Shown piece after piece: positions 56,352-64,000 of a stretch of 64,000 nucleotides of DNA (its first letter is position 1; each line of letters opens with the position of its first letter). The position numbers and the translations under genes are program-made. The DNA comes from Diplonema japonicum (lineage: Eukaryota > Protista > Euglenozoa: Diplonemea). The stretch lies in assembly GCA_964019335.1 (NCBI GenBank), contig OZ025738.1:248001-312000 (forward strand). Reading direction: 5' to 3'. The notes below the pieces were generated by a model. The model was given only the letters and a program-made list of their open reading frames with translations, had not been told where the DNA came from and did not search any database.

Positions 56352-57003
56352 GCACCATAAGGGAGATGCAATGAGTCTTCATCTCCTGAGGCGGAGATGC
56401 AGCTGCTCCCCCCTCCCAAAAGTGCGTTGAATACTTAATAAATCCAGAAACCGGCACCAAATAATAACCTTTTTGTTGTAAAACAAAAAGAAGGTGAAAA
56501 TCTTAAAAAAGAAAAGAAAGTATTCTGTTAACTAAATCGTCCAAGGCGCTCTTGCAACGATCACCACAGCTATCGTCAACGTGCCAAAAAATGGGCTAAA
56601 CTCGCACACTGGTGTGAGCTTCAAGCTAAACATTTCGGACATGGCATGCCACACCCATAGCCTCACACCGGTTATCTTTCGCCCGTAAGCTAGAGTACGC
56701 ATGCATCCCCAACACCTGGGTCGCTTCGCGGTCCGACCTGCTGCCCAATTCAAAGCGCGGTAATCCAAGCCCCCTAAGCATCGACACGATTAACAAAGGG
56801 GTTTGTTACGCCGGGATATCTTGTTCAGCAATGCTCCACACGCTCCCTGTTGCCAGTTCGCCGGATGAGCATACCGCAGGGTCTTCCACTCATCCGTTGC
56901 CCGGTGGGTACCACGAGGAGGTCAGCAACAATTCTATACTTTTTAGCCACGCAGGGCCTGTTCTACAATTAGCAAAGTCCCACCTAAAATAAATATATAA
57001 GAG

Positions 57004-57204
57004 TTTAAGGAGGCCCGTGTTGGCGGCGTCCTACCTCGGCCGAGTTGTAGTTCTGCGTTCCGCGTCGTGTCCTTAATGCGTGCGGTGTGCAACTCAATCG
57101 GGTAACTAAGATTCTGCGCCCATGTAGTTTGCTGCCTGTTTGTCCACTCGGGCGCTACTAGTGATGGCCGACGTGGAGGTCAACAGCGAACAACATATCT
57201 GATT
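57004..57204 (+). repeat. Repeat family B copy
   Basis: Homologous to the reverse complement of 24246-24570. Confidence 0.88.
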
Positions 57205-57595
57205 AAAAGGAAGTCCTTTGTAGACTTCCCCTTGTGCTCATCGTCTTCCTGCACCTTCAGCATTCTGCCACCGTCTCCGCCAGCATGTTGGTAGTTCCAC
57301 TTCCAGCTCCCGCTGCACCGTATTCAGCTTCTCCTCCAATCGGTATATCTCCGTTGTTTTCTTCTCCACCTCACCTTGAGCAGCAAGAAGTTCCTTTCCT
57401 TGGTCCTCATGTGACCCCATCAAGCCTTCTCGTTGAGCGGTTTCTCCTTGAAAAAGAATGCTTCTCTCGCGGCCTAAAGCTCTTGGACGGCTCGAAGGAG
57501 AAGAAAAGTGGGGTACCTCAGTTTCCGGTTCATCTTGCAACTCGTCTTTATCAGACGACAAACCACCCTTCAGGGAAATGAGAATGAATCACCGT

Positions 57596-60064
57596 TTAAA
57601 GATCTTGCAAGGTAAGCGACTCCTCACGATGGACGGCTCCATGGATGACGGCCCCATGGATGAATTCCATGACACAGCGGCCTTCGTTTATTTTGGAAAG
57701 GGCCCACGACTGGATGTCTGTTGGGGACTCGATGATGAGCGACGGTTTGGCCTTCGGGTCCACCTGCACCTCCCTCAGTGCCACGGCCACAGGGTCCGAG
57801 ACATTTGCCTCTTCCAGCTGGTACATCCACTCTCCTTCCTTCACAACCACCTCCTCCCCAGCCTCCTGCACAAGGATCGGCTTCGTCCCGCTCTTCACCA
57901 CAAGAAGCGTCACAGCCGACAGGGAGAACTTCCCTGCCGCACCCTCCGCCACCGAAGGGGACACCAGCGTGATGCCACGGGCCAGTACCTCCCCCACCTC
58001 GGAGGCCACAGCAGACACCCCACTCAACTCCAACAGTGCAGGACCCTTCATCCCGAAGCCCTTGTTCGTCGCAGAGCCGAGGTTCCCCGCAACGAACTCC
58101 CCGTGTGCCACAGCCATCACAGGCCTCGCAACCCTCCTCGTCTCCTCCGAGCACGATATCGCGTTGCAGAAGGCCACCGCCCGTGTCTTCGGTTCCGAGC
58201 ACCGCAGTCCCACGTTCCACGTCAGCATGAAGGTGAAGGGGTCCGACACAGAGAACCCGTGTGCGAGGCCCTTCGTCGCACGAGCCGTCTCCTGCATCAC
58301 CTCAACGAGCTTTCCGAAACAGTTGGGGAAGCCAGTGCCCCCTTGGTCGGTGAAGCACAGCCGAACCACAGTCCCCCTGTAGTTCTGCTGCTGCATCGAC
58401 AGGTTCTGACCAGCGTTCACAACCGCCTTCGACGCTGTACCTGTGCTGTTGCTGTACTTGCTTCTGCTGTTCGGGCTTTTCGAGCTTGCCATGCTCTCCT
58501 CCTCCACCTCTGTGTCACCGTCCACGAACAAGGTGTTCGGGAGGTACGCCTTGTACTCCCGCAGGCCTCGGATGGCGAGCAGCAAGCCATCCGTGACACA
58601 TGCCACCTCCTTCACCATCACAGGCTTGTACATCGCATTCATGTGAGCCTCCGCAGCGTCCAGATCCATGGTCTCGAGGTGCTTGTTGCCAACGACGAGC
58701 CTCCCGAGCGGGCGGGCTATGAGGACTATCTCCAGAACGGCGATCACAATGTCGACAACGAAGATGACGACGGAGGCGATGATGAGCTGAACAAGGGCGG
58801 CGAACACCTTCTCGTTGACGGACGACACAGAGCGCAGCCACAGCAGCTCGAAGGTATTGCTCGTGGCGTTGAACATGTGGGTTCTCCTCAAGAAGTACTC
58901 CCCGCCCTCCAACGCCGTGTCGATGAAGTAGTCCTTCTTGTACAGCGGCCTGGTCTTGTTCACGTCAGACACTTCAAAGTACTCCCCGTACCTCACATGG
59001 GTCCGGAGGGTTGTGGATGACAGATCTGCGGTGAAGAAGGTCCCTTGCGGCCTCTGCAGGGTCGCATTGATGGCCCCAGACACTGTGGGACCGAGGTCGT
59101 TCACATCCAAGAGGCAGTCCCCTCCTTGGAAAGCGGTGCAGGTGAAGCATCTGTTGTAGCACTCGAACTTGATTGCCGGCCCGTTGAACAGGGTGTGGGC
59201 AAAGAGATTTCCTGCGGAGGAGTCCAGTGCGACCAGCTCGGTGTGGGCCGTCTTGAAGTCACGGATGACAACTGTCCATGTGGAAAAGACGAAAAAGGAA
59301 AAGACTACAAGAGTGTAGGTCCCCTGAGGCCAGTGCAAGGTGCGGCGCATGACGTGCTCACCGTAAGCGTAAGGCGACCCATCAGCGGCGTTCCAGAAGT
59401 AAATAGGTGACCAACTCTCAGCAGGTAAACTGTGCATCTGTTTGACCCAAGCATCCTGTGGTGGCTCCTCCCACTCCACATGGAACCTATCAGATTGAAA
59501 ACGACCCTGCTCATCAACTGCGGTAAGGGTCTTTAACCAAGATACCTTAGTACCGTTGGTGGTTGTGGTCAGACGGCCTGTTGTGTTCCCGTTGCCAAAC
59601 CATCTCGCAGGGTTGCCCTGCTCGTCAAGGACAGGGTCCGCCCACACGTATTGCTTCATCACGCCATCCGCCTCCTCCCAAGGATGGGTGCATGTTGTGC
59701 AGTTTGGGTAGTAGGCCTTCGTCAAGGAGTACCCACCCCCATACCCATTCTTCACAGATTTCGCTGCCGCATATGCATGAGCCCCGTAGATCTTCGTGAT
59801 GTGTGAAAAGCCGAGTGACACATTCATCACGTCATCCCGCAGGAAGAGGAGGTACATTTCTTCTGTCGCTGCCTCCACGTCCTCCAGGATCCCAGCCAGT
59901 CGGAGTTTTGCGCTTTTTGACGCCGCGGCACTCGAGTCTTCAACAGCAGAGCGCAGCACCGAGATACTCTCCACGTACAGCATGTACCCAGCTAAAAGGG
60001 AGATCACAGTGGACACCACTGTTGACACGAAGATGATAAGCTTGGAAGGGACGTACACCGACAT
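57596..60064 (-). CDS. Receptor-type pseudo-cyclase, paralog of 32356-34671, 822 aa
   Basis: Collinear similarity (LRSAVEDSS, ECYNxCFxC, IARPL, AYLP, GNLGS, WMYQL). Confidence 0.82.
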   Translation of the reverse strand: MSVYVPSKLIIFVSTVVSTVISLLAGYMLYVESISVLRSAVEDSSAAASKSAKLRLAGILEDVEAATEEMYLLFLRDDVMNVSLGFSHITKIYGAHAYAAAKSVKNGYGGGYSLTKAYYPNCTTCTHPWEEADGVMKQYVWADPVLDEQGNPARWFGNGNTTGRLTTTTNGTKVSWLKTLTAVDEQGRFQSDRFHVEWEEPPQDAWVKQMHSLPAESWSPIYFWNAADGSPYAYGEHVMRRTLHWPQGTYTLVVFSFFVFSTWTVVIRDFKTAHTELVALDSSAGNLFAHTLFNGPAIKFECYNRCFTCTAFQGGDCLLDVNDLGPTVSGAINATLQRPQGTFFTADLSSTTLRTHVRYGEYFEVSDVNKTRPLYKKDYFIDTALEGGEYFLRRTHMFNATSNTFELLWLRSVSSVNEKVFAALVQLIIASVVIFVVDIVIAVLEIVLIARPLGRLVVGNKHLETMDLDAAEAHMNAMYKPVMVKEVACVTDGLLLAIRGLREYKAYLPNTLFVDGDTEVEEESMASSKSPNSRSKYSNSTGTASKAVVNAGQNLSMQQQNYRGTVVRLCFTDQGGTGFPNCFGKLVEVMQETARATKGLAHGFSVSDPFTFMLTWNVGLRCSEPKTRAVAFCNAISCSEETRRVARPVMAVAHGEFVAGNLGSATNKGFGMKGPALLELSGVSAVASEVGEVLARGITLVSPSVAEGAAGKFSLSAVTLLVVKSGTKPILVQEAGEEVVVKEGEWMYQLEEANVSDPVAVALREVQVDPKAKPSLIIESPTDIQSWALSKINEGRCVMEFIHGAVIHGAVHREESLTLQDL

Positions 60065-60591
60065 CTTTGGTTTTTGGTCAGTCCTGTTGGTATGGTGGGG
60101 TGTGATTACACATATTTCAGTAGAAAGAAAAGTATGTATGTATAGGTATGAACACACAATAAAGGCGAACGAGAAAAAGAAAAAAAAAAAAAAAGAAAAG
60201 AGGAACTGGCCGTTGTTTGTACGCGCCGGCGCCACTGCACTTCATGTCCCTTACATGCCAACGGAAATAATAAGGCATATGAAGTCCAAAGGAAGTGCAA
60301 TGACGCGGCATCTTTGCCAAACTTATAAAGGGGCGGCGTGTAAGGTCAGTCCCTGTTTTCTTTTTTGTTGTCTTTTTTGTAATTCTTTTTTTTTTTTTAT
60401 TATTTACTTTCCAAAGTGGGTAAAAAAAAACGTGTTGTGAGGGGACTACTCTGCCAGTTTCATTTCTCAGCAACGCAGCTTTTTTTTTTTTTTTTTTTTC
60501 TTGTCAGTAAATAAAAAAAAAAAAAAAGAAAAGAAAAGATTTATTCTTTTTATGGAAAGATCGAGCCAGGTTTTCACGTTTGGGCGACATT

Positions 60592-60629
<38 letters not shown>

Positions 60630-60648
60630 GAAAAAGAAGAAGAAAAAC

Positions 60649-60679
<31 letters not shown>

Positions 60680-61329
60680 GAAATTAAAAGACTATTTCGT
60701 TTTTGCGCTCACCGGCCGAGCTGGGCTTCGTCCCCGGTGTCCATAAAAAAAAAAAAAAAAAAAATTAAAAAAAAAAAAGCCTTTTGCTTCACGCACTCAG
60801 CATTATACTAAATTAGAATAATCTATATGTACCTCACGCTTCCTTTCTTTTTCTTTTTCTTTTTTTTTTTTCTTTCTCTAACTGACTACTTTACGCAGTT
60901 TGAGGTTTCAGCAACATTTCCGTGATGAAGACGTTCGGGCACCTAATGTTTTGTTGCAGAAACCACAGCATCCAGCACGTGAAGAAATGAACTCCCGGCT
61001 GCAGAGAAAAGAGAAACCTCAAAAAAAAAAAAAAAAAAAAAAAAAAAAGAAAGATTTAAAGGAAAACTCGATCTATTTTTTTGTTTTTGTTTTTGTTTTC
61101 TTTCTGTGGCGCTCAGGCGGGCACCCGTGAGGTCATTTGGGTGGCATCTGTGTGCCTAGATTCCTCAGGGGGGCGCACTCTGGTCTTTTAGTTCCGTCAT
61201 CGTCATCGTGGTGATAGGGGGAAAAAAAAAAAAGAACCAAGCAAAAAAAGTTTCGTTTCTTTTTTTTTTTCTTTTGTAAGCTGAATAGGGAGGGATGAAA
61301 AAAAAAGGGTGGGGGGGAGCTCTTCCTCA

Positions 61330-61377
<48 letters not shown>

Positions 61378-61529
61378 AGGTACTTAAGCATTTGGCAACG
61401 CACACCGTATAAATCCCGGGTTAAATACTGCAATGCTCCTTCTTTTTTTTTTTTTCCTTTTTTTTTTTTATACAAGAAATGATCAGTACTTGTCAATACA
61501 GGGAGATTGGAAAAAAATCCCCTCCCCCC

Positions 61530-61585
61530 CAGGGCTATGTTGGCAAAGAAACGTTTCCCCCCGCTTCTTGCCAACATAGCCCCTG
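61530..61585. mobile_element. Minimal hAT-like MITE (two TIRs only)
   Basis: cagggctatgttggcaa..ttgccaacatagcccctg hairpin. Confidence 0.7.
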
Positions 61586-61900
61586 GGGTGGTATCAAAAA
61601 GGGTGACTTGTCAACATCATTGTTTTTAAATATTCCGATATAAAATGTTGGAAAATTTCAGAGAGAGAAACCCCACAGAAAGATCCCCACAAAAAAGGGT
61701 GGGTGGAGGGGTCAAAGTGGTTGCAGTGATTTGATGTTTTTTTTTTTCTTCTGGGAATATCTGGTTCGGAACGCTTGGGAATGGTTTCTCTGGCAAAATC
61801 AGAAAGAAAAACAATGGTGCTTTATCACGAAAAAAAAGGGGGGGGCTTTTCGAGTGTGGGGATAATTTTTTTTTTTGATTGTATTTGCATTATGAACTAT

Positions 61901-61931
<31 letters not shown>

Positions 61932-62124
61932 AAAAAAAAAGAAATCGCTCAAATGATAAAGGAAGGGAGGGGAGATAGTTCATCAGATACCATATCCAGC
62001 GTAACCCCACCCCAATTCTGCTGCTTGTAATCTTCTCTCAGTCCTCTCAGTTTGAGCTCCTCCTTTGTACGAGGCGATCTCCCTAATGGAGTCTTCCCTG
62101 GAAGAGGCCATCGAATAGGGAGTA

Positions 62125-62157
<33 letters not shown>

Positions 62158-62551
62158 TTGTGACTTAATATCAATCAATTTCACGGTGGGCGGTTGATGT
62201 CAAGAGCTAAAAGGATTTTAGACTAGAAGACTTACGGCCCAAAACAGACAGCGGGGGGAAAAAAAAAGAAGAAAAAAAAAAGTTGGGGTTAGGGTTAGCC
62301 TGGAGGGAACTTGAACACCGCTTACCTGTGAAAAGAGGCCATTCTTCAATTGCTCCAGGGGAGCAAGACCGCCACATCACTAAAAAAAAAAGCAAGGTCA
62401 GCAGGGAGAACTCTTGGAGGGGGACGGCGACAAGCCAAAGACTTTGTCCAAGGCTATAAAACAAAAACAAAAAAAGAGTAAAAAGAATTTTAACCGACCA
62501 GAAAAGAAGAAAAAAAAAAGAAAGAAAGAAAGAAACTGATTTTCACTTAAA

Positions 62552-64000
62552 CTACGCCCGCAAGCAGATGACCCTAGCAGGCTGCTGCATGAGCCTGGCA
62601 GCTGCCTGTGCAATTGCATCGCCTGCCATGTCAGCGTGTTTGGCAATAACCTCATGGCTGCCTGCTGTGAAGGCCGTCCAGTATGAGTCTGACCAGCACC
62701 AGCTCTCGCCCCGAGGACTGCGCGGGCCCTCCCCACTGTCTTCGTGTTTCACCATGCTAGTGAGGTCAGTGTCGTAAAGCCTGAGGACAGATACTTCATA
62801 AAGGACAAGAGGGTGCGCCTCCTCCTGCTGCGCGTGGGGAGAAGACGGTGGAGAAGAAGGACGCGCAGCACGGGGAGACACAACAGTCGGAGGGGGGCTG
62901 TGCGCAAGTGCCTCCCATGTCACAACAGGACGTAGAATGCTCTTCAGGTCCGCTCGCAGCCCAGCGAAAAAGTGCGTAAGCGAGGACGACGCGAACAACG
63001 CGCAGGTTTGCATCTCCGCTGCTGTAGCTGCCAATGACCCGCAGACCTTCACACAGTCCCCCATCACCGTCACGAAGCGTTGGCCATGGCTGCCGATGGT
63101 CGCGCTCACAACCGGCCCGGTACTGAGCCCCATGCATACTTCAGTGCTCGTGTAGTGCTTCCCCAGTACTAGCGATGCGAACCGCAGGGAGTTCTCGAAG
63201 TGTGTTAATGTTCGCTTCGCAGTGTTCCACCCGACCGTTATTGACGGCCCCACAACTGCGACCACCGTTCCCCCGCTTCTGTCCAGTGCGTGCAGAATCC
63301 TGCACACGCGTTCGTTCACAGTGCTGTAGTCGGAGGTTGTTCGCACCTCCACGCAGCCCACTGTCACGTTCGCTATGTGTTCCAACCGTGTGGTCGGGGC
63401 GTGTTGTTCAGCCATCACGCGTGATGAGTTGGAGTGTTGCGAGCCGAGAGACGAGGGCTTCTCCCCACCTTTTTTCGATCGCAGCATCCCCTCGACTTGT
63501 GATCGGCGTCCTCGTAGTTCTTCGGGGATTAGCACGGATAGCTTCTTGCTTCCGGACACACCTTTCAGGGAGACCGAACCGACTGGGATTTCCACGAATC
63601 CAGTCCTGTCGGTGACTTCGGCCAGTACTTCGGGTGTGACCGCAACCCCACCCCCGACGCTTGCCGCCTCCACGCGTGCTGCTACGTTCACTGTGTTCCC
63701 GAAGTAGTCGAAGCGGCCTGTTACTGCGTTCAGTTCCGCTTCTGCTTCTCCGCAGTGCACGCCGATCCGTACGCGAAGGCCTCCCCACAGGCCGTCTGCG
63801 TCCCGCTCGCACGTTGGTAGTTCTAGCAGCTCCCCCGGCCACGAGCATTCGACTAAGCTGCGTTGCACTGCGATCCCGAAATCCACCGCGTCTGCAGCAG
63901 CTTCGAAGGCCACCATGAAAGCGTCCCCGATAGTCTTCACCTCGTACCCCTGGTGCAGGTCTATGTACCTCCGTATTGTTTTGTTGTGCAGCTTCAACGC
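62552..64000 (-). CDS. Class III adenylate cyclase, C-terminal part (intact catalytic domain + degenerate second cyclase domain); 5' end outside the window
   Basis: YEVKTIGDAFM, RVRIGVHCG, FDYFGNTVNVAARVE; second domain with VGWN and GPVVSATIG lacks catalytic residues. Confidence 0.92.
   Translation of the reverse strand, partial: ALKLHNKTIRRYIDLHQGYEVKTIGDAFMVAFEAAADAVDFGIAVQRSLVECSWPGELLELPTCERDADGLWGGLRVRIGVHCGEAEAELNAVTGRFDYFGNTVNVAARVEAASVGGGVAVTPEVLAEVTDRTGFVEIPVGSVSLKGVSGSKKLSVLIPEELRGRRSQVEGMLRSKKGGEKPSSLGSQHSNSSRVMAEQHAPTTRLEHIANVTVGCVEVRTTSDYSTVNERVCRILHALDRSGGTVVAVVGPSITVGWNTAKRTLTHFENSLRFASLVLGKHYTSTEVCMGLSTGPVVSATIGSHGQRFVTVMGDCVKVCGSLAATAAEMQTCALFASSSLTHFFAGLRADLKSILRPVVTWEALAHSPPPTVVSPRAARPSSPPSSPHAQQEEAHPLVLYEVSVLRLYDTDLTSMVKHEDSGEGPRSPRGESWCWSDSYWTAFTAGSHEVIAKHADMAGDAIAQAAARLMQQPARVICLRA

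Noticed and set aside
57238-57561. Coiled-coil ORF
   Set aside because: No ATG start or leader signature and apparently frameshifted; cannot support a gene call
57458-59020. 520-aa plus-strand ORF and similar antisense ORFs (43-846, 14736-15371, 18492-19289)
   Set aside because: Shadow frames of GC-rich minus-strand CDSs with no recognisable motifs

Overview
Eukaryotic nuclear DNA, most consistent with a euglenozoan protist, probably diplonemid-like (inference). Every credible host gene lies on the minus strand in one directional cluster, GT-AG introns are present, and the window holds receptor-type adenylate cyclases, BspA-like LRR proteins, and ingi-like and VIPER/DIRS-like retroelements. 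Non-coding DNA is dominated by long homopolymer tracts. The first ~17 kb is an unstable tandem locus of ubiquitin-like (UBL)-LRR genes and fragments with variable 75-bp modules, mixed with LINE, zinc-finger and tyrosine-recombinase debris. The rest holds about 20 host genes: two near-identical SDRs that differ almost only at the active site, an acylated UBL, three UBL-ankyrin genes, a 3-exon COPS9/CSNAP-like gene and an intron-split ankyrin gene (both missed by the ORF track), NTF2-like, BolA-like, thioesterase, alpha/beta hydrolase, Ntn/choloylglycine hydrolase, UPF1-like helicase, PP1, two receptor pseudo-cyclases and one apparently active cyclase. DNA transposons include a piggyBac derivative (TTAA/TIR), a pogo element (TA/TIR) nested in a Crypton-like foldback, hAT-like MITEs and several short interspersed repeat families. 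The best candidate for an undescribed system is a modular family in which a non-cleavable UBL is fused to a hypervariable repeat binder. Other leads are genome-encoded poly(A) leaders abutting start codons and five enzymes carrying peroxisomal signals. All calls come from reading the sequence by eye; no database searches were run.
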